A stretch of DNA of 64,000 nucleotides from Clostridium sp. CAG:302 (GCA_000431795.1 FR887359.1:9551-73550), one strand, 5' to 3'; shown: positions 8,768 through 18,712, numbered from the stretch's first letter. Notes: generated by a model from the letters alone, not told the origin. A program made the numbers and translations.

Positions 8768-9808
8768 ATGGCAAAGACAGTTGAAAAGGATTCTGCATTA
8801 GAACAAGTATTAGCAGACATAGAAAAGCAATTTGGAAAAGGGGCAATTATGAAACTAGGAGAGCAGGAACATAAAGAAGTAGAAGTATGTCCTAGTGGTT
8901 CATTAAGTTTAGATATAGCCCTAGGAGTAGGAGGATATCCTAAGGGAAGAATAATTGAAATATATGGGCCTGAATCTTCAGGTAAGACAACATTCGCATT
9001 ACATGCAATTGCTGAAGTACAAAAGCAAGGAGGAAGAGCAGCATTTATAGATGCTGAGCATTCACTAGATCCAGTATATGCCCACAATTTAGGAGTAAAT
9101 ACTGATGAATTATTATTATCCCAGCCAGATACAGGAGAGCAAGCTTTAGAAATTTGTGATGCTCTAGTAAAGAGTGAAGCTGTTTCAATAATAGTAATAG
9201 ACTCAGTAGCGGCCCTTGTACCACAAGCAGAAATAGATGGAGAAATGGGTGATTCACATGTTGGATTACAAGCAAGATTAATGAGCCAAGCATTAAGAAA
9301 ATTATCCGGTTCAATTAACAAAACAAAAACAATTGTAATATTTATTAATCAGCTAAGAGAAAAAGTAGGAGTACTATTTGGTAATCCCGAAACCACACCA
9401 GGTGGTAAAGCATTAAAATACTATTCTTCAGTTAGACTTGATATAAGAAGAGGAGAACAATTAAAAGTAGGCTCTGATGTAGTAGGAAATAAAACTAATA
9501 TTAAAGTAGTAAAAAATAAAGTAGCTCCACCATTCAAAACAGCTACAGTTGATATAATGTATGGTGAAGGTGTATCAAAAGAAGGAGAATTATTAGATTT
9601 AGCCTCTGATGCTGGTATTGTTGAAAAAAGTGGTGCTTGGTATGCCTACAAAGGAGACAAAATTGGTCAAGGAAAAGAAAATGCTAAAATATATCTAAAA
9701 GAAAATTCAAAAATTGAAAACGAAATAGAAGAGTTAGTTAGAAAGCATTATAATATTTCTTTAAATAAAAAAGTAGAGAAAGAAGCTAAAACTAAAGAAT
9801 CAAAATAA
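8768..9808 (+). CDS. recA: Recombinase RecA
   Basis: It starts [31 protein letters not shown], with Walker [10 protein letters not shown] and [11 protein letters not shown]. The start is set at ATG 8768 (RBS GGAAAGAGAGG); the 8639 start in the ORF track runs through the promoter. Confidence 0.97.
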   Translation: MAKTVEKDSALEQVLADIEKQFGKGAIMKLGEQEHKEVEVCPSGSLSLDIALGVGGYPKGRIIEIYGPESSGKTTFALHAIAEVQKQGGRAAFIDAEHSLDPVYAHNLGVNTDELLLSQPDTGEQALEICDALVKSEAVSIIVIDSVAALVPQAEIDGEMGDSHVGLQARLMSQALRKLSGSINKTKTIVIFINQLREKVGVLFGNPETTPGGKALKYYSSVRLDIRRGEQLKVGSDVVGNKTNIKVVKNKVAPPFKTATVDIMYGEGVSKEGELLDLASDAGIVEKSGAWYAYKGDKIGQGKENAKIYLKENSKIENEIEELVRKHYNISLNKKVEKEAKTKESK

Positions 9809-9811
9809 CTA

Positions 9812-9840
9812 AAGGAATAAAAATAATATTCCTTTTTTCT
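9812..9840 (+). terminator. Rho-independent terminator of recA
   Basis: The AAGGAATA/TATTCCTT stem is followed by TTTTT. Confidence 0.75.
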
Positions 9841-9865
9841 ATGTCATATGATAAAATGTAAGTAG

Positions 9866-10804
9866 GTGATAAAATTGAAAAAAAGCATAATAATATATAA
9901 TCCTAATTCAGGAAAATATAATAAAGAAAAAACATTACCAAAATTAAAAGAAGTATTAAATGATTATAATTATGAAGTAGAAATAATGGAAACAAAAAGG
10001 AAAGGTCATGCTACTATGCTAGTAAAAAAAATTCCTTATGTAGATTTACTTATTTCAATAGGTGGAGACGGAACATTCAATGAAGTTATGACTGGTAACT
10101 TTGCTAGAAAGAAAAGACTAACCCTATGCCATCTTCCATCAGGAACAACTAATGATATTGGAGCTATGTGGGGATATGGTAAAGACATAGTATCCAATTT
10201 AAAATTAGCTTTAAATGGTGAGATAAAAAGAATAGATGTATGTACAATAAATGGCAAACCATTAGTATATACTGCCGGTTTTGGTAAGTTTATGAATATC
10301 CCATATGAAACTCCAAGAGAATTAAAAAAGAGACTGGGACATTTAGCTTACATAAAAGAGGGTGCTAAAGATTTCTTTAGAAAAGTAAAACTATATGATA
10401 TAAGTTATGAGATAAATGGTGAAGAATATCGTGGACTATTCTCATTTGCCATTATAACAAATGCTAATAGAGTAGCGGGTATTAATAATTTTTATAAAGA
10501 TATTAAATTAAATGACAATCAGTTTGAAGTTTTAATGTGTAACATCACTAAATTAAAAGATGTAGTAAAGACATTGTATTTCTTTGCTAAATATGATGCC
10601 AGTAAAATACCGGGATTTTATTTTTATAAAACAGACAACTTCAAGTTCAAATTTAATACACCAATAAAAAAACCACTATGCATAGATGGCGAATCATTTG
10701 ATGATTTAAGTGGTGAATATGATGTTAAAATAGACAAAGATGTCTATGTCTTAATGCCATCAAAAAATATAAAAAGTTTATTTACAAATGAAGAGAAAAC
10801 CTAA
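9866..10804 (+). CDS. dagK: Diacylglycerol/lipid kinase (DagK/YegS family)
   Basis: It has IIYNPNSGK and ISIGGDGTFNEV. The start is GTG. Confidence 0.85.
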   Translation: MIKLKKSIIIYNPNSGKYNKEKTLPKLKEVLNDYNYEVEIMETKRKGHATMLVKKIPYVDLLISIGGDGTFNEVMTGNFARKKRLTLCHLPSGTTNDIGAMWGYGKDIVSNLKLALNGEIKRIDVCTINGKPLVYTAGFGKFMNIPYETPRELKKRLGHLAYIKEGAKDFFRKVKLYDISYEINGEEYRGLFSFAIITNANRVAGINNFYKDIKLNDNQFEVLMCNITKLKDVVKTLYFFAKYDASKIPGFYFYKTDNFKFKFNTPIKKPLCIDGESFDDLSGEYDVKIDKDVYVLMPSKNIKSLFTNEEKT

Positions 10805-10822
10805 AAATATAGTCTTCTCTTC
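10790..10822 (+). repeat. Single hairpin related to the repeat family, acting as the dagK terminator
   Basis: The stem is GAAGAGAA/TTCTCTTC and the loop AACCTAAAAATATAGTC, similar to AGCCTAAATAGTC in copy 4. The dagK stop lies inside the loop, and TTTTC follows. Confidence 0.5.
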
Positions 10823-10830
10823 TTTTCTAT

Positions 10831-11415
10831 TTACTTATAGCAGCCATTTCTAATCATTTGTCTTTTCCAGTTAATATTAGCCATAAAAACATATAGTCTC
10901 TTAGTCATTGGTCTAATTGTAGTCTCTAATATAATTTCATTACCATTATCTATACATTCTTTGAACTTCTTAATTTTAATCAAAAAAGGTATAGAAATCA
11001 ATTTATATAACCAAAACTTTTCACACTTACCAACAATCTCTCCAGCTCCAATATTAAAAGAGCCCATATATTTTGCTTTATTTTTCTTGGCAAAGTTTTC
11101 TATAATTAATGAAGCAGTTCTATTATGTTTAGCCTCCCAAAAACCACAGTTAATAATTGTATAAATTTTTTTATTACTAATATCAATCTTGTTACTTAGA
11201 ATATATTCCATAAATTCAATTATTTTGCATGTAGGTCCATCAACATATAAAGGAAAACATAAAATAATAGTATCCACCTTTTTAATGTCTTTTAAAATAT
11301 CGCTAAATCTATCCCTATATACACATTTAATCTTTTCCTTGTCTTTAATTTTATTCAGAAAATAATTAGAATTACCATTTTCTAATTTTGGACTACCATT
11401 TACATATAATTTCAT
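10831..11415 (-). CDS. Flavodoxin-like fold protein (NAD(P)H-dependent FMN reductase family)
   Basis: It has MKLYVNGSPKLENGNS at the N-terminus and VDTIILCFPLYVDGP. Confidence 0.55.
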   Translation of the reverse strand: MKLYVNGSPKLENGNSNYFLNKIKDKEKIKCVYRDRFSDILKDIKKVDTIILCFPLYVDGPTCKIIEFMEYILSNKIDISNKKIYTIINCGFWEAKHNRTASLIIENFAKKNKAKYMGSFNIGAGEIVGKCEKFWLYKLISIPFLIKIKKFKECIDNGNEIILETTIRPMTKRLYVFMANINWKRQMIRNGCYK

Positions 11416-11888
11416 ATATTTATCTCCTTATAATCATTATAAAAATAAATTTCTGGATAATTAGTATTCAAATTATTCATATTAGCCTCTACAAACCTAG
11501 TGGCAATTTTTTTATCTTCTTCAGTAATATTTTCACCATAAAAATAAACTTTAAAATTGATTTTTTTATCTATTCTAACTTTATGATGTATCTCACCATT
11601 TCTAATAGTAAAGAAAGGTTCAACAAATGATATGCTTCTTTCAATAATCTTTTTAACTTTACTACTATAAGTACCATAAGTAAATTTACTAATAATAATA
11701 AGTTCATCACTTTCTAAAATTTTTTTACCATTATAAGTAATATTATCCTTATGTACACATTCCAGTGGTTTTCTAACCCAGCAAGAAAAACATCCTATAC
11801 AGCTTTTTTCAGCATCACTAACTAAAACATCAGTATCATTTAACTTCAAAAAAGAGGTATCCTCTAAATCATGTATTATTGTTCTCAT
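11412..11888 (-). CDS. Flavodoxin-like / iron-sulfur flavoprotein-like protein with a Cys cluster
   Basis: It has CIGCFSCWVRKPLEC followed by ESDELIIISKFTYGTYSS. The ATGA overlap with the downstream gene indicates coupling. No clear RBS was found. Confidence 0.45.
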   Translation of the reverse strand: MRTIIHDLEDTSFLKLNDTDVLVSDAEKSCIGCFSCWVRKPLECVHKDNITYNGKKILESDELIIISKFTYGTYSSKVKKIIERSISFVEPFFTIRNGEIHHKVRIDKKINFKVYFYGENITEEDKKIATRFVEANMNNLNTNYPEIYFYNDYKEINI

Positions 11889-12020
11889 AATAAAAAATAT
11901 GCTAAATTAAAATATTTAGCACTATAATACTAGTAACTATTATAAAACCCACTTCAAAATTACTCCGAAATGAGTAAAATGAGTGGAAAATTGGAAGTAA
12001 AAATGGAAAAATCAAAGTAA

Positions 12021-12047
12021 AAAAGTCTTATTTTATAAGACTTTTGC
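12021..12047 (-). terminator. Terminator downstream of tmRNA (palindromic, potentially bidirectional)
   Basis: The AAAAGTCTTAT/ATAAGACTTTT hairpin is flanked by A and T runs. Confidence 0.7.
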
Positions 12048-12055
12048 ATTCTTAA

Positions 12056-12414
12056 TGGTGGAGCTGAGGGGAATCGAACCCCTGTCCGCAAATACAGTAG
12101 CTTAACCTTCTACAAGATTAGTAAGTTATTAAAATTCATAAGCAAGTAGATAACTTACAATCATAATTGCTTACTAGTTTATGTTTATTCGTTATGAAGT
12201 CTAAACAAAAATCATAATATAGTCTGCTTTATAAGTCCTATCTAATTCTCACAGACAAAGAATTAGTAGAACCTGTCGCTACCTATAGGTTAGGCATAAG
12301 CAACAGCGTTTGTATAGCTGTTTCCAGTTATATTTAATTTCACTCTTGTAACGTAAGAGATACTCGTCTTGCTAATTAAGCCCAAATATTTTCGTCGAAA
12401 CCAAAGACAGCCCC
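12056..12414 (-). ncRNA. ssrA: tmRNA (SsrA)
   Basis: The reverse complement begins GGGGCTGTCTTTGGTTTCGACG and ends GGACAGGGGTTCGATTCCCCTCAGCTCCACCA. The internal tag frame ends ...NSYTNAVAYA with TAA at 12290-12292. Confidence 0.95.
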
Positions 12415-12533
12415 AAATACATATATAATTTTACCAAACAAATGTTTCTTTGTCAATTTTTTATTCAAATTTTATTGTAATATTACAAATTTTAATGTAT
12501 AATTACTATAGAATAGAAATAGGGAGCGTTAGT

Positions 12534-13196
12534 ATGGATTATAACAATGTAGAAAATAAAAATTATTTTGGAGTAAGACATTACAATGTTAAAATAGTAA
12601 AAGAAAAAATAAAACCATTAAAATTCATTTCCAGTGTTATATCATATGCTATTTTTATATGGTTATTATTAATTGGATTAACACTATTAGTTTATATTGC
12701 AGACATTAAAATTCGTGCAGCTAAAGGAGATAATACTCCACCTAAATATAATGCTTATGTAGTATTAACAGGTTCAATGATACCAGAAATAATGCCTAAT
12801 GATGTAGTAATAACAAAGAAGAGAGATGCTAAAGAATTACAAGCAGGTGATATTATAACATTTGTATCATCCGATCCAAGACTTTCAAATATAATAGTAA
12901 CTCATAGAATAAAACAAGTATTTACTAATTCAAATACTGGTAAACGTGAATTTCAAACTAAGGGAGATAATAATAATGTTGAAGATTTTGTTTTAGCACA
13001 AGAGCAAAATGTAATAGGAGAAGTAATCTATAAAATACCAAAACTAGGTTACGTACAAGCACTATTAGCTTCAAAAGGAGGATTAATAATAATAGTCCTA
13101 ATACCATGTTTAGCAATATTATCTTATGATATAGTAAAATTATGTAAGAGAATAGCCACTAAAAAGAAAAGTAAATCTACCGTTGTAAGAAGGTGA
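12534..13196 (+). CDS. sipW: Signal peptidase I, SipW-like (eukaryal/archaeal-type S26B)
   Basis: It has VLTGSMIPEIMPNDVV (catalytic Ser), THRI (His) and TKGDNNNVED, with N- and C-terminal TM segments. The start is set at ATG 12534 behind RBS AGGGAG. Confidence 0.8.
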   Translation: MDYNNVENKNYFGVRHYNVKIVKEKIKPLKFISSVISYAIFIWLLLIGLTLLVYIADIKIRAAKGDNTPPKYNAYVVLTGSMIPEIMPNDVVITKKRDAKELQAGDIITFVSSDPRLSNIIVTHRIKQVFTNSNTGKREFQTKGDNNNVEDFVLAQEQNVIGEVIYKIPKLGYVQALLASKGGLIIIVLIPCLAILSYDIVKLCKRIATKKKSKSTVVRR

Positions 13197-13202
13197 TAAG
13201 TT

Positions 13203-14507
13203 ATGCCAAAAACCAATAGATTTCATGTCAAAGAAATAGATAAACAAAATGTTACAGTAGAAGAAGAAAGAAAATATCGCTCACCATTTATATTATTTCT
13301 AATAAGAAATGGAAAGTTAATACTAACAATATCTCTTCTTTTTTCACTATCAGTATTTATAATAGCATTTTCACTTATTATGAAAAATATAAAAGATTCA
13401 TCAATTTTAACATATGAATCAAATGGAGTAATAGTAAAATTTACTTCAAGTGATGAATCAATATTAGATGGAACACCAATAACTCCAGAATATGCCGATA
13501 AACTATTTACTAATAGTGTTCAAAATAGTAATAATGAAGGTGTAGTTATAAAAATTAATGAAGAAACATTTAATTACGGTAAAGTAATATTTTATTCAGA
13601 TAAAACAATTCTAATAAAATATAATGACGGCACATACTTACGAGTATATCCTGTTAATAATAATTATGCAGTAGATGAAGAAGGTGTATTAAATTCAAAT
13701 GCAGTAAGAAAAAGTTTAACTGGAGAAATAAAACAAAATGCTTTAGGTATGAATATATTATACTTATCAGATGGAAGCACTGAAGTAACATATCAAGATG
13801 AAACCATCCTTGTAAGAAATGGTGATATGACAAGTACAAACGATGAATTCTATACTAATTTAAGTTTAGTATCAATAAAGAAAAAAGAAGAAAATGGTAA
13901 AATATATTATTCAAAAAACATAATAAAAGAAAATAATACATTAATTGTTGATAATAAACCATATAAAGTAAAAAAAGAAGTGGATACCAAACAAGATAAT
14001 ATAAAAATAATATATTATGAAAATGATTATGCTGAAGTAATAAAAGATGACTTAAGCATAATAGTTGAAAAGAGTGAACATATTAGGTATGATGGCTATA
14101 TATTTGAAATAGTATATCAAAACAAAGAAGAAGTTAATATCAAAGATTTAATAGATATAAAAAAGATAACTCTTAATAATACTAATCAAAAAGAAATAAA
14201 TTATATCATAGTACTTGAAGAAACAAGTAACTATGAAAAGTACAATTTAAAAAAATTACCAGAAGAATGTTTAAGATTTAGTATCTACAATAATGGCAAA
14301 ATGAATAAAAATAATCTTTTAAGTAATAATTTAAAAGGAAAAGAAGGATATGAATTTAACAACAATACCTACTTACTATATGAAGGAAAATTAAATGAAT
14401 TAAGCACTACAGATATAGATATAGGTATGTGGATAGATTATGAACAAACAAACAATGAAAATATGAATTCAGCATTCATAGGAACAGTAAGAGTATATAT
14501 AGAATAA
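13203..14507 (+). CDS. Membrane-anchored extracellular protein of unknown function, with a C-terminal strand pattern shared with the TasA-like neighbour
   Basis: One TM is present (LILTISLLFSLSVFIIAFSLIM). The C-terminus IDIGMWIDYEQTNNENMNSAFIGTVRVYIE parallels IDITLRVWLSSDTKNTQIGKTFNSKIVI of the next gene. RBS is AAGGTGA. Confidence 0.5.
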   Translation: MPKTNRFHVKEIDKQNVTVEEERKYRSPFILFLIRNGKLILTISLLFSLSVFIIAFSLIMKNIKDSSILTYESNGVIVKFTSSDESILDGTPITPEYADKLFTNSVQNSNNEGVVIKINEETFNYGKVIFYSDKTILIKYNDGTYLRVYPVNNNYAVDEEGVLNSNAVRKSLTGEIKQNALGMNILYLSDGSTEVTYQDETILVRNGDMTSTNDEFYTNLSLVSIKKKEENGKIYYSKNIIKENNTLIVDNKPYKVKKEVDTKQDNIKIIYYENDYAEVIKDDLSIIVEKSEHIRYDGYIFEIVYQNKEEVNIKDLIDIKKITLNNTNQKEINYIIVLEETSNYEKYNLKKLPEECLRFSIYNNGKMNKNNLLSNNLKGKEGYEFNNNTYLLYEGKLNELSTTDIDIGMWIDYEQTNNENMNSAFIGTVRVYIE

Positions 14508-14525
14508 TAGGAAAGGTGGTATATT

Positions 14526-15062
14526 ATGAAAAAGAAAAATATCATAAAGATAAGTGCAATTGTTTTTTCAATAATACTTGTAATAGTGGCAATAACAACT
14601 ACTACACAATCATATTTTAATAAAGACAATTATGCTAAAAATCCAACAGAATATCAAACAGGATTATTATCAATTGAAGCAGTATCTAAATCAAATAATA
14701 TATCACTATCAAATACATTACCAATGAGTGATACTGAAGGAGGGCAGATAGAACCATATGTATTTACAATAAGAAATAATGGTAATGTCGACTATAAATT
14801 TAATGTAAAATTATTATCCACTAGTGATAATACATTTTCACCGGAATATATAAAAATAAAAATAGATGATGAAGGAGTAAAAACTTTATCATCATTAACA
14901 GATAGCATCATAAAAAAAGATATCATATTACCTGCGGGCGAAACAATAGATATAACTCTTAGAGTATGGTTAAGCAGTGATACCAAAAACACTCAAATAG
15001 GTAAAACATTTAATTCTAAAATAGTAATAGATGGACAATCAATATACACAAGTACAAATTAA
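14526..15062 (+). CDS. TasA/camelysin-like secreted protein with a SipW-type signal peptide
   Basis: It starts MKKKNIIKISAIVFSIILVIVAITTTTQSYFNKD, a K-rich, hydrophobic leader with a xxYF(N/T/S)D-like SipW-cognate motif. It is about 150 aa when mature and sits next to sipW. Confidence 0.6.
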   Translation: MKKKNIIKISAIVFSIILVIVAITTTTQSYFNKDNYAKNPTEYQTGLLSIEAVSKSNNISLSNTLPMSDTEGGQIEPYVFTIRNNGNVDYKFNVKLLSTSDNTFSPEYIKIKIDDEGVKTLSSLTDSIIKKDIILPAGETIDITLRVWLSSDTKNTQIGKTFNSKIVIDGQSIYTSTN

Positions 15063-15123
15063 GAAGTACAAACATATACAATAGATTATGATGCTAATGG
15101 CGGAACAGTAATAGCCTAATATT

Positions 15124-15152
15124 AAGATACATACTAATATATGTATCTTTTT
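15124..15152 (+). terminator. Rho-independent terminator
   Basis: The AAGATACATA/TATGTATCTT stem is followed by TTTT. Confidence 0.7.
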
Positions 15153-15186
15153 CTATTATTTGTTAATAATACTAATGGTGAAATAT

Positions 15187-15672
15187 ATGAAGAAAAATAA
15201 TATAATACTAATAAGTCTAATAATAGTGGTATTAACAGCCTTATGTACAATTGCGGGTACATATGCAGTAATAATAAATGTAACAAATGAAAATGGAACA
15301 GATAAAATAATAAATAATATAGATATCAAAGACTTATTAACTAATGATAATGGTACTTATAATAATACCTATTACCAAGTAAAAAATGAATTAAATGTAA
15401 CTGAAGAAGAAATGAATATATTAATGAATTCAGAACCATTAAATAATAAATTAAAATTAGTACTAGACTCTATAGTAAAATATAGTCTAAGAAATAATAA
15501 GGAAGCAAAATATAGTAATGATGAAATGTATAATATGATAATTGAAGGTATAAATTCTACTCCTAATATAAGCGAAGAATTAAAAAATAAAGTAATAATA
15601 TCTTCAGATAGACATAAACAAGATATTTCAGATTTTCTTTATGATATAGAAGTATCTCTAAAAGGAGATTAA
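15187..15672 (+). CDS. Secreted or anchored protein of unknown function with a SipW-like signal-peptide end (AGTYAVI)
   Basis: It starts MKKNNIILISLIIVVLTALCTIAGTYAV. The start is set at ATG 15187. Confidence 0.45.
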   Translation: MKKNNIILISLIIVVLTALCTIAGTYAVIINVTNENGTDKIINNIDIKDLLTNDNGTYNNTYYQVKNELNVTEEEMNILMNSEPLNNKLKLVLDSIVKYSLRNNKEAKYSNDEMYNMIIEGINSTPNISEELKNKVIISSDRHKQDISDFLYDIEVSLKGD

Positions 15673-15674
15673 TT

Positions 15675-15977
15675 ATGTATATAGTATATTTATTAATAAT
15701 ATTATTAATGGTACTATTATTTATATTAGTAAAAGATAAAATATCAATACTAAAAATAATAGGAATAACATTAATATCTTCAGGAGTATTAATAACTTTA
15801 TTAGCAGTCGCCATAAAAGTATTAATTAAAACAACAATTTATTATATAAACTTAAGCAAAGTAACTAGTATAATACTAAGTAATTTTCTTATCATAAGTA
15901 CAATATTTATATTATCAGGATTATTTTCATATATAATGTATAAAATATTAAGACCAAAAGAAATAGTAAAAGTATAA
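15675..15977 (+). CDS. Small integral membrane protein (3 predicted TM helices)
   Basis: The sequence is hydrophobic throughout and starts 2 nt after the preceding stop. Confidence 0.45.
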   Translation: MYIVYLLIILLMVLLFILVKDKISILKIIGITLISSGVLITLLAVAIKVLIKTTIYYINLSKVTSIILSNFLIISTIFILSGLFSYIMYKILRPKEIVKV

Positions 15978-16055
15978 CAAAAATAGTTATATTTTTTTCT
16001 TATAATTATATATTTTTTTTCTCTAATGTGATAAAATTAATATGGAGATGATAGT

Positions 16056-17408
16056 ATGACTATAAAAAAGAATGACATTAATAAAAAAGAGAAAAAAGAA
16101 ATATCAAAAACAAATAAAAATATCAAAGAAAAAACAAATACAAATACTAAAAAGAACACACAAGAAAGTAAAAAAGGTATAAAAAAAGATAATAATTTAA
16201 TAAATAAAATAAAAATATCAAAAAATAAAGATAAAGATTTATATAATGTTAAAGAAGTAGTAATAGTAATGATATTTTCTATAGGTATAGGTTTCTTAAT
16301 GTGCTTTGGAATAATTAGTATTTTTACTGGTAAAAATTATTTTAAAGTAACTAGAGATTTAGATAAAGTAATAGATACATACTATGCAATCGTAGATAAT
16401 TACTATGGCGATTTAGATAAAAGTACTATCATCGATGGAGCAGTAGAAGGAATGATTTCATCAGTTGGTGATACCTTTACAACATACACAAATACAAATG
16501 ATACTGAAGCCTTTGATGAAACAATAAATGGAAGTTATGAAGGAATAGGATGCAGTGTAGCTACATATAACGATGGCAAAATAGTAGTAATAGAAATATT
16601 TGAAAATTCTCCAGCAGATACTTCAGGACTAAAAGTAGGCGATGTAATTACCAAGATGGATGGAGAAAGCCTTGAAGGAAAGACTGGAAACGATGTATCA
16701 AGCTACATAAAGAACAGCGGTAAAAATAAAGTAGTATTAACAGTAATAAGAGATAATGAAGAAAAAGAAGTAACAATAAATTTAAGTAAAGTAGATATAC
16801 CATATGTATCTGGTGAAGTGATAGAAAAAAACAATAAAAAAGTAGGATATATAAAAATATCACTATTTGCTAATAGTTCTTATAAACAATTCAAAAATAA
16901 ACTGGAAAAGTTAGAAAAAGAAAATATAGATAGTCTTATCATTGATGTTCGCGATAACAGCGGTGGTTACCTAACCTCAGTAACCGATATATGTAATCTA
17001 TTCTTAGAAAAAGGTAAAGTTATTTATCAACTACAAGATGAAAATGGTACAGTAAAGAAAAAAGATACCACTAAAGAAAAAAGAACTTATGATATAGTAG
17101 TTCTAATAAATGGTTCTTCAGCCTCAGCCTCTGAAATATTAGCTTCCGCAATTAAAGAAAGTTATAAGGGAATGGTTGTAGGACAAAACAGTTATGGAAA
17201 AGGAACTGTTCAGCAAACAAGAAAATTATTAGATGGAAGTATGATAAAATATACTACTCAAAAATGGTTAACACCTGATGGTAACTTCATAAATGAAATA
17301 GGGGTAAAGCCAACTAATGAAGTAATACTATCTGAAGATTATTATAAAAATCCAAGTATAGAAACAGATAATCAATTACAAGAAGCATTAAGTTTATTAA
17401 CAAAGTAA
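16056..17408 (+). CDS. S41 family carboxy-terminal processing peptidase (PDZ domain)
   Basis: It has a lysine-rich N-terminus plus a TM, the PDZ segment GIGCSV...FENSPADTSGLKVGDVITKMDG, and the catalytic region DVRDNSGGYL and VLINGSSASASEILASAIKE. Confidence 0.9.
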   Translation: MTIKKNDINKKEKKEISKTNKNIKEKTNTNTKKNTQESKKGIKKDNNLINKIKISKNKDKDLYNVKEVVIVMIFSIGIGFLMCFGIISIFTGKNYFKVTRDLDKVIDTYYAIVDNYYGDLDKSTIIDGAVEGMISSVGDTFTTYTNTNDTEAFDETINGSYEGIGCSVATYNDGKIVVIEIFENSPADTSGLKVGDVITKMDGESLEGKTGNDVSSYIKNSGKNKVVLTVIRDNEEKEVTINLSKVDIPYVSGEVIEKNNKKVGYIKISLFANSSYKQFKNKLEKLEKENIDSLIIDVRDNSGGYLTSVTDICNLFLEKGKVIYQLQDENGTVKKKDTTKEKRTYDIVVLINGSSASASEILASAIKESYKGMVVGQNSYGKGTVQQTRKLLDGSMIKYTTQKWLTPDGNFINEIGVKPTNEVILSEDYYKNPSIETDNQLQEALSLLTK

Positions 17409-17432
17409 GACTTTAATAGTCTTATTTTCTTT
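17406..17432 (+). terminator. Rho-independent terminator
   Basis: The AAGACT/AGTCTT stem is followed by a T-rich tract. Confidence 0.55.
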
Positions 17433-17461
17433 TGGTTTAATATAATATAATGGTGATACAT

Positions 17462-17887
17462 ATGATTGTTAAATATACAGAAAAAGAAAAAGAACTGCTA
17501 GCAAGATTAATGCGTGCAGAAGCGGTTGGTGAAGGTAATCTAGGCATGTTAATGGTAGGAAACGTCGGAATAAATAGAGTACTCGCAGACTGCTTAACAT
17601 TTAAAGATATTAGAAGTATATCCGAAATGGTTTATCAAAGTCCTGGTGGCTTCTCGGGAACTTCAAGTTCTTTATTCTATGGCAATCCAACAGCTTTAGA
17701 ATCTTCTCTAGCAGAAAGAGTTATCCGCGGAGAATATTACTATCCTGCAACTAATGCCTTATGGTTTTATGCTCCGCCAGAAGGAACATCATGTAAAAGT
17801 ACTTGGTGGTATCAATCCCTTTCTGGTAGATACAAAAATCATTGTTTCTATAAGCCAGATAAAGGAGTATGTAAAGAAATACACTAA
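17462..17887 (+). CDS. Cell-wall hydrolase of the SleB/CwlJ family
   Basis: It has LLARLMRAEAVGEGNLGMLMVGNVGINRV and ALWFYAP. The start could be 17450 or 17462. Confidence 0.8.
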   Translation: MIVKYTEKEKELLARLMRAEAVGEGNLGMLMVGNVGINRVLADCLTFKDIRSISEMVYQSPGGFSGTSSSLFYGNPTALESSLAERVIRGEYYYPATNALWFYAPPEGTSCKSTWWYQSLSGRYKNHCFYKPDKGVCKEIH

Positions 17888-18690
17888 TGTTAAATCTACT
17901 AAAAGGATTCATAATCGGAATAGGTAAAATAATACCAGGAGTATCAGGATCTGTACTTGCCATAACACTAGGAGTATATGATAAATCAGTAGAATATATA
18001 AATAACTTTAAACATAATAAAAAAGAAAGTTTAAAATATCTCTTACCACTTGGTATAGGAATAATAATATCTATAATTATATTTAGTAAAATAATAACCA
18101 TACTATTAGATAAATACTATCAAATTACTATGTTATTTTTCATTGGATTAATAATAGGTGGATTACCAGAAATAATAAAAAAAGTAAAAAAACAAGATAA
18201 TATAATTGTGGGAACTAGTTTTATAATATTCTTTATAATATCAATTTCTAATTTAAATAGTAACTATATATTAAAAGGAAATATTTTGGATATTATAATA
18301 CTATTTATTTCAGGTCTTCTTGAAGCCATAGGCACAGTAGTACCAGGAGTATCTTCTTCAGCCCTTCTTATGATACTAGGAACATATAATATAATATTAT
18401 CTTCCATAGGTAATATTACTTCTATATCTGTAATATTAACCAATATAAAAATAATAATACCATTTCTATTAGGAGTATTTCTAGGTATCATTACTCTAAT
18501 AAAGATAATAGATTATCTTCTAAAGAAGCATGAAAATAAATTATATTCCTTTGTACTAGGAGTATTATTATCAAGTATAATACTCTTAATAATAAAAGTA
18601 TTTAAAGAAAAAATCACCATTGTAGAATTAATATTAGGAATAATATTCTTGTTACTAGGAGTTTTAATATCAAACTTAATAAAAAAATAA
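17887..18690 (+). CDS. DUF368-family membrane protein (family linked to undecaprenyl-phosphate recycling)
   Basis: GFIIGIGKIIPGVSGSVLAITLGVYD and a second GTVVPGVSSSALLMILG repeat sit in a polytopic protein. Confidence 0.75.
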   Translation: MLNLLKGFIIGIGKIIPGVSGSVLAITLGVYDKSVEYINNFKHNKKESLKYLLPLGIGIIISIIIFSKIITILLDKYYQITMLFFIGLIIGGLPEIIKKVKKQDNIIVGTSFIIFFIISISNLNSNYILKGNILDIIILFISGLLEAIGTVVPGVSSSALLMILGTYNIILSSIGNITSISVILTNIKIIIPFLLGVFLGIITLIKIIDYLLKKHENKLYSFVLGVLLSSIILLIIKVFKEKITIVELILGIIFLLLGVLISNLIKK

Positions 18691-18691
18691 A

Positions 18692-18712
18692 AAAGCCACA
18701 AGGCTTTTTATT
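18692..18712. terminator. Bidirectional terminator between the DUF368 gene and the tRNA cluster
   Basis: The AAAAGCC-ACAA-GGCTTTT hairpin is flanked by A and T runs. Confidence 0.7.

Noticed and set aside
8635-9321. A 228-aa ORF antisense to recA. Many similar 60-160-aa ORFs lie antisense to or inside long + strand genes, for example 1945-2214, 7846-8331, 20175-20480, 25757-25975, 27446-27904, 31387-31767, 34811-35134, 36124-36552, 39168-39518 and 63429-63656.
   Set aside because: They lie wholly within well-supported genes on the opposite strand. They have low-complexity, Ser/Leu/Ile/Phe-rich composition typical of antisense frames in A+T-rich DNA, and they lack RBSs.
11388-11630. An 80-aa + strand ORF overlapping the junction of the two flavodoxin-like genes.
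   Set aside because: It is antisense to two coupled genes, is extremely Ile/Phe-rich, and has no RBS.
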